This document shows positions 50,718 through 62,204 of a stretch of 64,000 nt of DNA, one piece after another; position 1 is the first letter of the stretch; every line of letters begins with the position of its first letter. The DNA comes from Narcine bancroftii. Taxonomy: Eukaryota. The DNA is taken from positions 205,964,001 through 206,028,000 of the forward strand of contig NC_091473.1 of assembly GCF_036971445.1 (NCBI RefSeq). Direction: 5' to 3'. The notes below the pieces were generated by a model, which saw only the letters and a list, made by a program, of their open reading frames with translations, ran no database searches and was not told the DNA's origin. The position numbers were made by a program, and so were the translations under genes.

Positions 50718-51607
50718 GTAGCTTCAGAGATCTCTCACTAAAGGGCACACTAATCCGATAAACAGAATTGATCGAATGCAGATAATTTTCTTAGTTATCA
50801 CCAAATGCATTTCAAATCTTATTTGTTTCAAGGAGATGAGTCTCAATCCCTTCAATTTCCCCTTAGGTGATACGTCCCTCCACTTTCACCACTCACCCCA
50901 CTTCCATACCTAGCACAAAACAATCAACACATTTCCTCTGGCATTTGAACCTGGAGGGGCATCGAACTGAAACTTTCTGCATGTCCATTTTGTTTTGCGA
51001 TCAGGAGGTACCTCCCGGATTCCTCTAATCCAGTCGTATTGCTGAATAATTAAAAATGGAATAGATAGTTTGAAGTACAACATAGTTTATGCCTGTTGTG
51101 AATCGCTGAGGAAATGGGAAATGTGATGCAGCGGTTATGANNNNNNNNNNNNNNNNNNNNNNNNNNNNNNNNNNNNNNNNNNNNNNNNNNNNNNNNNNNN
51201 NNNNNNNNNNNNNNNNNNNNNNNNNNNNNNNNNNNNNNNNNNNNNNNNNNNNNNNNNNNNNNNNNNNNNNNNNNNNAGACAGAGTGTGACAGAGAGAAAG
51301 AGAGGCAGTGAGAGGGAGAAAGATAGATAGAGGGTGTGAGAGAAAGAGAAAAAGAGAGAGATAAAGAGAGAGAGCGCGAGCGACCCGAAAATGTGTGGAA
51401 ATGGATCGAGTGCTCTGAAACGAGTAACGGGCATTCAGAAATTTCCACTGTTTTAAGTGGCCAGCGAATAGGGGACGGCGGAACAACCCATACTCTCGCG
51501 TTAAACAAGAACCTGTGACTGATCCGTGCAGCATCAGATTTCAAATGCGTGGCATTTACAGCATGAAATTTCTACACTCTTTTCCGTTTGGTTTGGAAGC
51601 CCTCATC

Positions 51608-52084
51608 ATGTTGCCTCTATGGTTCACGCTGATTATAACGTCCTTGTTCCCTGGTAAGTCCCTGTTGAAATGAAACTGTTGCGTCCTTTGACTGCGGTTC
51701 ACTTTCAAGCTTATCGAAGTCTCCATATTGTGTTGCAGGGGCCTTTGGCGACGAATCTACCTCCCAGTCTCCATTTGAGGTGTGGGTGGAGGAAGGATGA
51801 ACAGTAACGCTGAACTTCAGCTACCCCTCAAAATTCAATTAATACAATGCCTTTTGGTACATCCAGTATCCTGGATATGCGCCGACATATGTAGTAAATA
51901 TATTAAGCACTGGGTTCGAAGACAAGGCTTCAGAATTCCGCGATCAGTTTTCTGTTACTAATCAGAAAACAAGCCAAATGGTTCCTTTAACTATCTCTAG
52001 CGTCGTTGTCTCCGACTCAGCCGTGTGTCTCTGCGCAATATCGGCCACATTGTAGCATAAAGGCAGAAAATTCGTTAAATAGTG
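51608..52084 (+). pseudogene. TRAV/TRDV: TCR V pseudogene, full structure (leader 51608-51653; V exon 51739-52045; RSS 52046-52084)
   Basis: MLPLWFTLIITSLFP-G/GTAAGT..TTGCAG; AFG-DESTSQSPFEVWVEEG*TVTLNFSYP..*..FWYIQYPGYAPTYV..FRDQFS..MVPLTISSVVVSDSAVCLCAISA; no frameshift, two stops, first Cys to Phe; CACATTG-23 nt-decayed nonamer. Confidence 0.92.
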
Positions 52085-53875
52085 GTCGTGGTGCCATTAT
52101 CTCTGCTAACAAGCAGACGTGGTTTCTGACACATGCGTTTCTGTTGCACAAACAAAAGTGAAATAAACACCTCATAGAATTCAAAGGACCATGCATCTTC
52201 TATGAGGTCGAGTGTTTGTCTCTTGGGTCAGGAAGCTGCATCAACTTTCAGAATATGGAAGGGAGCGTGCCGACATGAAGAGGCGAAAAGATGGGATGGA
52301 CAGGCTAATTCAGGTTCTTGGATGCATCAGGCGAGGTGAATATGCGGACCGAAATTCACATCCAATGTGTTGCACACCTTAGTTCAACACACACGTTTGT
52401 ACAATGTAGTGTGCATTGTCCATAAGGTCCACTTCATCTTCCCCAGTAACTTTCTCGCCGAGTTGGGACATAAGGTTTTCTTCGAGAATTATCTAATAAG
52501 GGGAGAAAAAATCAGCCATCAAGAGCAACAAATGGCAGTTGTTTATGAGGTCGAGAAAGAGGCATGGAAGCAGATGGGGGACGACAGAGGTGAAAAAACA
52601 GTTAATGCACGTAAAGAAATAAAACATACAGAGACATAGTGCGTGGAAATAATCCATGCTTCTCAAATTATCCACGCCGTTCAAACTGTCCCACTCACAC
52701 AAATCCCACCTTCCAGTGTTTGACGGATATCCTCCTAATGCCAACCTTTTATCCGACTATTCTTCAGCTATATTGCTCTCGGATATACAACAATCACCAC
52801 CTCAGAAGCCTGTTTTAGACACCTTCCACACTTCTTCAATAACCAGTTACATCTCCCTTCCCTTACTTTAAACATGTGCTTACCAATTGGAACATCGAAT
52901 AACTGTTTGTGTCTACCCAGGTTGGGTCGGAGTTAAACGCCATTATGATCTTATTATCCTAATGAACATTTCAACGTTCCCCGTTGTGTTTATCCTTTAA
53001 TTACTCCTGTAGAAACCCTAGTTTTGTTTCACTTCCAGCTACTACAATTTTTGTGCTTTGTTGCACGAGCACTCTGCGAATATTCGATGTTCCAGAATTG
53101 TTTGAGCTGATGCGAGAAGAATAATGAGCTGTAACACTGAAGGGCAGTTACCTGGAGGCGGTCAGTGATGACACTGACATTTGATACATCCCATGATTCA
53201 AAGAATAGTTGAAATAGTTGAAAAGTCTTGTGAAGATATTCAGCACTGGATCGGCAGAGATATCTCTAGATTCTGGTACATTATTTGGACTAACCAAAGG
53301 GTTGAATGGCCATACTGGATCTCATTCAAGTGGCGGGCCTCTCGGTGGATGAGCACTTAGGTGAAAGTTGCCACAACTCCCTGAGCTTTAGCATAGTTAT
53401 GGGCAAAGATAACATCAGACAAAATGGAAAAGTGTTTAATTGGGTAAGGTTTAATTAGGTAGGGTTGCGACAGCAATTTGCGGAAGTAATTTGGATATAA
53501 ATGTTCAAAGGTGAAAGTGCAGAATTACTCATAAAAATTTCAGGATATGTTTAACCCAATGGGAGTAAATGTGAGTAAAAATGATCCGAGTTTGATTAAA
53601 TATGTGAGGTAGCTATTCAAGAGGAGGAAGGAACCAGGTATTAGATACAGGAATCACTCATGAGAAGTAGATGTTAGTCAGGAAGAATCTTAAGAAAATT
53701 GTTAGGAGAGGTCGAAGGGAGCATGAGAAGGCTATGGCATCAGGATTGAAGAGAACCCAAGGCGTTGTATGCGTACATGAAGCAAAGAAGGATGACGACA
53801 ATGAACGTGGGGGCCGTTAAAAGATAAAGGAGGCAAAATGTGCCTGGAGACGGAGGAACCCGAGAACGTCTTATA

Positions 53876-54009
53876 AAAATGGTTCCTGACTTTTAAGTTT
53901 CCACTCACGTACCACTTTATGTAATCCTTATGACATAGGTGCTGTGTGGTTAGTGAGGGGGTGTATAATGTGGAATGTGGGTGGGAAAAAAATAGTTTGA
54001 AAACCACTA
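53876..54009. mobile_element. hAT MITE, same family as 26106 (opposite orientation)
   Basis: TGGTTC..CCACTCAC..GTGGGTGGG..TTGAAAACCACT. Confidence 0.65.
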
Positions 54010-54114
54010 TTTTAATTGTACCTCATCGTCACGTTATGTGCACGGTTTCATAACACCAAAGGACAATGATAATTTTTCTCAAGCAAAATATTTTAGTTAC
54101 AATTGGGTCTGGAG

Positions 54115-54245
54115 CAGTGTTTCTCAGTCTTCCCTTCCCACTCACAAACCACTTTACGCAATTCCTTACTAATCATAGAGCACTTATGGCAGAGCGACTA
54201 CTTAAAGTAGTAAGTAAGTGGAAGGAAAATGTTCGAGAACCACTG
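54115..54245. mobile_element. hAT MITE, same family as 26106
   Basis: CAGTGTTTCTC...GAGAACCACTG termini; shared core CAATTCCTTA.TAATCATAGAGCA. Confidence 0.8.
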
Positions 54246-56454
54246 TCTTAAATTAATAATTTCCTCCAATATTCAAAAGATAAATGAACGCAGATCAGTG
54301 TCTGGTCGCAATTGAACGGTCTGTATTCTGCACAATGTTGAGATTAAGGGAGAGGAGGTGTTAGATTGTCTTAAAAAAACATTCAAATTGTTGAGTCCAC
54401 TGCACCACGTACGATACACCTCATTTGCTGTAGCCGCATCAACGTTTTATACAACTGCAAAATCTCTTTCGAATTTGTACAGAACTCTATAACTGATGCA
54501 GGCCTATCTGGAGATAGCATCATAACGGGAATTTCTACCACTTTACAGATACTCTATGCCTGTTCGTCTCGGTTTTTAAATAGATTCCTGTCATTCACGA
54601 TGGAGGCCTTAACCACGTTATAATGCCCCAAAATAACACCGTACATTTTTGAATGCAATTTGAACAACCATTCCACCGCCAAACTGTTCAGGATTTTGCT
54701 GGAACGTTTTGGCAAATGTCTTCACAATCTAAAACACCAGACTCTTTAGAATCGTCCAGATATTTTATAGTACTCACATCTATATTTATATTAAAATTAT
54801 TCATACGGATGCGAAACAGCAATGGTCTCAGCACCGAAGCCATTGTACGAATGACCTCACCAGCGAGCGATCAGCTAAACACATACTAGAGGAATACCAC
54901 TTTGCAGGAAGCGAATATTTCCTATTTTCTGGATTTCCGCAGACTTTTGCTTGCACACAGAACATTCGAGTCTACTCTGTTTGATCCCGAAGTAAACACC
55001 GTTATGAGCCTATTGTCCTATTAATAATTTCAAGGCACCCCCTTGAGTTTCTCCTTGAATGGTTCTTTGGGTACACTGGCTTGTCTTCACTCCCATTTAT
55101 TGAAGATTCCACGATATGTTTAGAAGCATGGGAGATATTTCAACCTCCTAGAATCGTCTGATATGACACTATAAAACTAAAGATCTGTACCACTGAATGA
55201 CAGTTTCTCGATATTATTCAGTGTCGATGCCGTCATTTGACACCGACGTTTTTCCGAAGAATATTAGAAATATATCCAGAGGATATTCAGCCCTAGATCG
55301 GTAGAGAGATCTCGAGATTCCCCCGACACGTTTTCTGTTCTTTATCATAAGAAAAATCGGATTGGTTCTTTATCTATCTCTTCGATTCTCTTCTCTGACG
55401 CCGGGGTGATTCCGTCTGCCACGAGAAGCACACTATGGCGGAGAATAATCGAATCAGCATAAAGACAAACACCTGGTAGTACTAGCGTGTCTGACCAAAG
55501 GGGAAACTTACTCTGTACAAAGGAAGAGATCGGATGCAGGTAATTTTCCAGGTTATTATGAATGTGTTTCAAACATTATTTGCTTCAAGAGATGAATTCC
55601 AATCCCTTTAATACTCCGCACAAGTGATACATCCACTCGAATTGACCACGCACTGCGTTTGCATATCGAGCACAAAAATCAACACATTTTCCTTGGCTTT
55701 TGTCCCTGGGTGAGCATCGAAATGCAACGATCTGCACTTGCCAATTGGCTTGGAGACCAGGAGACGAGTATCCTCGATTCTTCCTATCCTGTCGTCAAAA
55801 TCATAATGGAATCAGAACGAAAGAAATATTTTGGTGTGCAACAAACTTTGTAGTTTTTGTGATTTGCTGACGAAATGTGATACCGGGATTGCGATATAAT
55901 TACATACATCTTTCTCTTTCTCACTCTCTCTGTCTCTCTCTGTCTGTCTCTCTCTCACACACACACATACCCTCGCAAACACAAATTCGTGTACTCAGAA
56001 ACTGCGAGCTAGAGAGACAGAGAGTGAGTTAGAGAGAGAAAGAAAAANNNNNNNNNNNNNNNNNNNNNNNNNNNNNNNNNNNNNNNNNNNNNNNNNNNNN
56101 NNNNNNNNNNNNNNNNNNNNNNNNNNNNNNNNNNNNNNNNNNNNNNNNNNNNNNNNNNNNNNNNNNNNNNNNNNNNNNNNNNNNNNNNNNNNNNNNNNNN
56201 NNNNNNNNNNNNNNNNNACTCCACCGGAGAGTAAAATATGTCATCAGACTCACGCAAAGGAGGAAAGCATGCCCAGAAATGTGCTCAGTTGCAAGTGGCC
56301 TGCAAATCATGAACAGAGGAAGCGCCGCATATTTTCGAGTCAAGTAAAGAAGCTGCGCTTAATCAGTGTCCTGTCAGAAATATCAAGTCAGTGGTATAAA
56401 CAGGATTTTATGTCTTCCGTATTTGTCTTCCCTTTTTGTTTGGGAGGCACCCAT

Positions 56455-56683
56455 CATTCCTCCTGTATGGAGGCTGATTAAACTACATTTGCTTCCTGTT
56501 GGATCACTGCTTAAATGGATGCTTTGCATCTCATAGCTATGATTCACGGTCAAGCTGACCACCGTTTCTGTTCTCTACTGCAGTGTGCTTTGGCGACGAT
56601 TCTATTTTCCAATATCCATTTGAAGTGTCAGTGGAATAACTAGTAGGCTGAACTGCAGTTATCCAGCAGAAAACGACGCTCAC
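56455..56683 (+). pseudogene. TCR V pseudogene, 5' part only (truncated by CR1)
   Basis: Decayed leader, CTGCAG acceptor at 56583, FGDDSIFQYPFEVSVE*..LNCSYPAE; paralog of 51608. Confidence 0.75.
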
Positions 56684-56684
56684 C

Positions 56685-57296
56685 TGACGCTCTCATAATT
56701 ATATGTACAACTGCAGGATCACTCTTAACAGGCCTGCGGTGCAATGAATAATGCCATAACCTCCTCAAACTCTCCATCCGGATCAGGCCTCCGAGTCCTG
56801 CCAACATGCTGATAAATCTCCACGTCAACCTATCCAGATTGTTAATTTCTTCCCTATTGCACAGTGACAAAATCATCGCAGAATAATCCAAACGAGGCAG
56901 CACCAACGAACCATTCAGCTGCAAGAACACTTTCAAACGCCTGTAATCAACACTGTGATGTTGGTCAAGGTGCGGAGAGCCTCATGACGAGAATATATAC
57001 CAGGATAAAGATACTCTGTACCTTTAGACCCCGGTCTACAATAAATCACAGTTTTTTAAACCATTGACTGTGTAGATCCTGCCAACGTCAGACCTAACAA
57101 ATGCAACTTTTCTGAATTAATATCCATACATCATTCAACTGTCCGCAAGGCCAACCGTTCAAGATTAGTCTACAATCTTTAGCAAACGCCTGTAAAATCT
57201 AAAATAGCATACACTTCCCTGCCACACGAAAATGTGTTAATCATTCCACGTAAATCTTCTTTGATGTGATTCGTTATCGATGACAAACAGCAAATG
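56685..57296 (-). mobile_element. Old CR1 fragment
   Basis: ORF 56640-56936 (SLVLPRLDYSAMILS..RFISMLAGL). Confidence 0.7.
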
Positions 57297-59030
57297 TTCA
57301 GGGCTTGAGTTTGGTGTACATAATAAAATCTCTGCCCTCCAATAGATAATGGAAGTATTGAACAGACAGATAAATGGCCAAAAGCTCCTTATCAGAAGCA
57401 CTGTATATCTTTTTTTCTTCACGATTTCCATTGCCAGTTAACATATCGATGAAGTACTTCTCCGATGGCCTTTCCATAAGCATCTTTCGAAAGGGCGGTG
57501 GCAACATTTAAAACTGGGTAACTGAGCAAAGTGAAAGGAACCAGCAAATCCTTTGTCTTTAAAAGGTATTGTTTCCCTCTTCGGTCCAATGCATGGTCCA
57601 GGTGCTTCCGGACAATAACAAAAGGTGTCATGATATGAGCTGCTCCTGGAAGAAATCATCAATAAAAATTAACATTCCCAAGAATTTATGCATGGTTTTA
57701 ACCGTACCTAGTGTTGATTATTTGGTAATATCATCAACTTTGGATGGCAGCTTTGTCCCGCGTTCCTGAGTAATCTTATGCTCCAATAAATCAATCGTTT
57801 CTTGTCTATAAATGCATTTATCTGGTTTGACGGTCAGTCCAAATTTTTGAAGATCATAAAAAGGGTACCAAGATTTTCCAAATGTTGTTCCTTAGTCGCA
57901 CTCGTCACAAAAATATTGTCGAAGTAAATGAAGACATTGGGCATAGCACGTTCTGAGGCATTCATCACCCGTTGAAATTATAAATCAGCATTTTCGAATC
58001 TGAATAGCATTCATAACAATTCAAACAACCCAAATCGGGGAATTATTGTTGGTTTTGAATTGACTTCTGGCTCAACCGGTACTTAGTGATAGGAGCACAC
58101 CATTTCTATTTTCGAGAATATCTGCGCTCCATGCAAGTTAGCCGAGAAATCCTGAATATGAGGCACAAGATATCGATCCCGAATGGTGGGGTCCTGAAGC
58201 TGCCTGCAATCTCGACATGGCCGCTAATCTCCATTATGCTTCGGGGCCAAATGTAGTGGAGATGCACAGGTAATGCCGGACCTACGAATTATGTTTAATT
58301 CCTCCATCTTGGCAAACTGTTCCTTAGCTAAATGCAGCTTCACTGGAGGCAAGCTATGCACTTTAGTATGGAAAAATGTAGAGTAGTAATCTCAGGGAAA
58401 TTTCCAACTTGATGTTTGATGGTGCATAAAAAAGGTTAGAGGCACGTTCCAGCTGAATGGTCTGAAAGGTAGTTCCATATATTAGCCGACGCCGTTTTAT
58501 ATCAACCACGAATGAATGAACCTGAAGTAAAGCTGCGCCAAACAAAGCTCGGAATCACGCTTCTATACTAAATGGCTAAGTGTCGAGATGATCCTCGATC
58601 ATGACATTCATCCTCCTCGTGCCAAAGGTCGGAATTTTGAAACTGTTCACTGATCATAGTTTCTGCTCCGTGTAAGATGGCCTGTGGCAAAACCAGTGGG
58701 TGGAAATATACTTATACCTCAACCTGTGTCCACCAGAAATTTGGACGGGACAAACGGTCCCATACATAGAATAGGCTTGCAGGTTCACACCAACCGCAAC
58801 AAAATTACTCGTGGTTGGTCGACGTGTTTCCCACAAACTTGGATGGAAGAACACGAAGAACAGTTGTCGAAAGGCTGTTTGCTTTGCATGCGGCCTTGCC
58901 TGATGATAGGGATGGATGTGCTAAGAGCACTAGAATGTTACACGGGGCCAACATCGAAGGGTCGGCTTGTGTGGACTTGTCTTTCTTTGCTGTGCATTTT
59001 AAAATGTTAACGAATCACGATCATATCGTA
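57297..59030 (-). mobile_element. Gypsy pol fragment (protease-RT-RNase H), second family
   Basis: Antisense ..IIPRFGLFEL..LF, FIYFDNIF, YSASDKELLAIYLSVQYFHYLLEGRDF; no LTRs recognised. Confidence 0.85.
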
Positions 59031-59289
59031 CCTTCCTCTTAAAGATCTCTATCAATATTTATGTTTTAAAATTCATGTTGTGGTTTTCTTGACACTCATC
59101 TTTTATAATTTTATAATTAGTTAGTAGGGGTCTTGGAAGGGGTGGGAAGATTGATAGGAAGTTTTTTTCCTTCAGCATTTATTTAATCTTATTTATCTTT
59201 TAAAAAATTACCACCCGTATTTCGATTGTTTAAAATATTGTGATATTTTTGCAAAGTGGTTTTATTTTAAATGAAGGATATAAAACAGC

Positions 59290-60635
59290 GATGAAGTGTT
59301 TTAAAGTCTGGTGATGAAGCTTATCAGCGGTGACATAGATTCATTTCCGTTCGCCTATTGCAGTAACAAATATATGGCAGATGTCATATCACTGCCCCCA
59401 CATGAAGCCCTGGAACACCTGAACAGCAAAGTTGCATACATTAGGATGACTTTTATCGACCGTATTTTGGCATTGAAGACCATAATGTCCACAAAACGGA
59501 TCGGAAAACTCCAAGATTTTGGAGCTAACACCTCATTGCCTAATTGGAACATGGATTTCTGCACCTCCATCCACAATCAGTGAAGATTTGAAGATTGGTA
59601 GAAACGTCGCTTCCACAATCTCCAACGGTACCAGAGCACCACCGGGCTGTGTTGTTATCCCCTTGTTCTATTCACATGACTCCTATGAATGAGTAGTTGG
59701 GTATGACAATAACACCGTCTAAAAATTTGCCGACGATAGTGGATTGATAATCTGGGACGGAAATTGAAAACTTGGCTGAATGGTGCACAAATACGAAACT
59801 TGCACAGTGTAATCAAACCTCAGAACTAATTGTTGATGTCACTAAAGGAAAGTCAGTGGTGCACAGTCCAGTGATCACTTGGGGAATCAGAGGTGGAGTG
59901 GGTGAGCGCATGTAATTTCCTGGGATTCACTATCTCGGAAGAACTTTCCTGGACCTAACACACCATTGGCATCGTGAAGAATTCATGACAGCACTTCTAC
60001 TTCCTCAGGAGTTTTTGGAGGTTTAGTATGAAATCAGAAACCCTAGCAAATTTCTAAAGATGTGTGGCGGAATGTGTGGTGATCGGCTGTATCATGGTCT
60101 GGTATTGGATCACCAACTCCCCTAGTGTAAAACCTTCCAAAAGGTAGTGGCAACAGGCCAGGACATTACACGCAAAACTACCCCAACTATTGAGTGCATA
60201 TACAGGGAATGCTGCCTTCGGAATGCAGCAGCAATCATCAAAGACCATCGCCACACAACATATGGTCTGCACTCGCTACTGCCATCAGGAAAGTGGTATA
60301 AGTGCCTCAAAACTCACACCACTAGGTTCATGACGGCTGATACCCATCTACCATCAGAATCCTCTGAACCAAATTCAATCAGGGTCAAACCTAAGAACAC
60401 TTATTTGGGTACTTTATTGGTTTTCTTTGCTCTCCCTGTATTGCACATTACTTAATTTGCATTAGTTATCAGTTTACACTTATTTGGATTGTATATGTAT
60501 TTAAGCTGAGTGCCAGAAACTTTTGCTCTACCATTCAGTGGTAATTCTGCCACACCCGCAGTAAAAATGGAATATTAAGTTTGATTGTGATGTCATGTAT
60601 GGACTCTAACAACAAATCTGAACTCTAAATTATCT
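59290..60635 (+). mobile_element. Rex1/Babar-clade LINE, 5'-truncated
   Basis: FAYCSN..ADVISL..ALEHL..YIRMTFID, KFADD, AAAIIKD.RH..LHSLLPSGKWY. Confidence 0.85.
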
Positions 60636-61017
60636 AAAGCGAAAGAGCAAAATACTGAGACGCGAGATTGAGCTTGAGTGNNNNNNNNNNNNNNNNNNNN
60701 NNNNNNNNNNNNNNNNNNNNNNNNNNNNNNNNNNNNNNNNNNNNNNNNNNNNNNNNNNNNNNNNNNNNNNNNNNNNNNNNNNNNNNNNNNNNNNNNNNNN
60801 NNNNNNNNNNNNNNNNNNNNNNNNNNNNNNNNNNNNNNNNNNNNNNNNNNNNNNNNNNNNNNNNNNNNNNNNNNNNNNNNNNNNNNNNNNNNNNNNNNNN
60901 NNNNNNNNNNNNNNNNNACCTGCTCAAAATTTCCTATATAGAGCGGAGAAACAAAATTACATTCTCTACCATCCTTCGTCATCAGCTATTTCTCTAGACA
61001 TTTGTTTGCGACACAAC

Positions 61018-62204
61018 TTTAAAAAAAAAATTATTGGTTCAAAATACAGATAGTAAATATCATATACAACAATAAACCAAAAACATTAACGTTATATTTT
61101 ATAGAAAACAAACAAAAAAAAAAGAAAAAAAGAACCCACCTCCCCCTCGTCAGCCACCTCTCCTAAGGAGAGTAATAAGGAAAGAAAAAAATATTAAGGA
61201 AAAATTAAACATACATATTAAAATCTAATCAATATAAATCGAAATGTAAATATTCTATATATAACAACCACTTACTAATAAAAAAGCTATAGTTACCACG
61301 CGAAACATACATATTTTTTCCATTATTAAACAGCATGTCATTTCGTTATTCCATCTATTAATATCAATCATATTTGTATCTTTCCACATACTAACAATAT
61401 ATTAATCTCTACAAATAATGCTAAATATACAAAAGAAAGTTGAAATATATCTAAACCAAAACCATTCAGAGGTTGCAAACTCTCCAATAAAGATACTATC
61501 GGATCTAAAGGTATTTTAATCTTATACAAATTTGGATTTATCCCAACCCTTTTTATCCATACCATTCTATAAAATTTAATACATGAATAAAATATAAACC
61601 TTCTTTGGTACCTTCATAAAAAATGTCTCGAATTTAATAAGTTCAGATAAAATAATATCACTACCAAACACACATTTTATCAAAGATCATATTTAAAAAT
61701 AAAGAAACAAAGAATTCTTATTAATACCATAGCTCTCCCTCATCATTATGCGTAATCGAACCGTTTAAACCTCGAACATTAAAAGTAGCAAACCTCAACT
61801 TTAACATATCTGCTAACATTACTAAAGGCCAATAATATCTTTATATGAAAACTCAAATCATCCAATAGGAGAAAAAAATCACAAAGAAAAAGCTAGATAA
61901 AATAAAAAGAAAAAAACCAACAAACCCCCAATAGGAGAACAAAATCACAAAGAAAAAGCTAGATAAAATAAAAAGAAAAAAAACAACAAATCCCTACCCC
62001 CCCCCCCAAGAAAACTACCAAAAGGTAGTAATCCCTAAACAAAATGTGGGTGTGCATCACCCACCAGTGCCTGAAGACTAATAGAACCTAGAACAAATCT
62101 CTTCCACCCCAGCCGAACAAAAGAAATCTCAAAATTTCATAATAACATTTAAAAAAAAATAGGAATAAGAAGATTCTGCTATTCATTCAAGATGTTCCGA
62201 ACTC
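61018..62204 (-). mobile_element. Internally deleted L1 of the same family as 903-6727
   Basis: Reverse complement matches the 3' UTR/ORF2 end (KIKIPLDP), then jumps at ~61750 to the ORF2 start (LRFATFNVRGLN), the inter-ORF spacer and the ORF1 end; contains a ~66-bp tandem duplication at ~61862-61994. Confidence 0.85.

Larger units (their letters stand above)
53150..54430 (+). mobile_element. Old CR1 fragment interrupted by two MITEs
   Basis: Similar to the CR1 linker region (IEENPRRCMRT ~ IKENPK.F..Y; MNVGPLKDKGGKMC). Boundaries approximate. Confidence 0.6.

Noticed and set aside
50461-50748. CIGLYK-repeat ORF or CRISPR-like array
   Set aside because: Simple tandem minisatellite without unique spacers, in vertebrate DNA.
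8430-56670. Idea that the 'NxSYP' V family naturally lacks the first Cys (F, Y or I in several copies)
   Set aside because: The copy at ~56654 retains AAC TGC AGT TAT CCA, and the substitutions differ between copies, consistent with independent decay.
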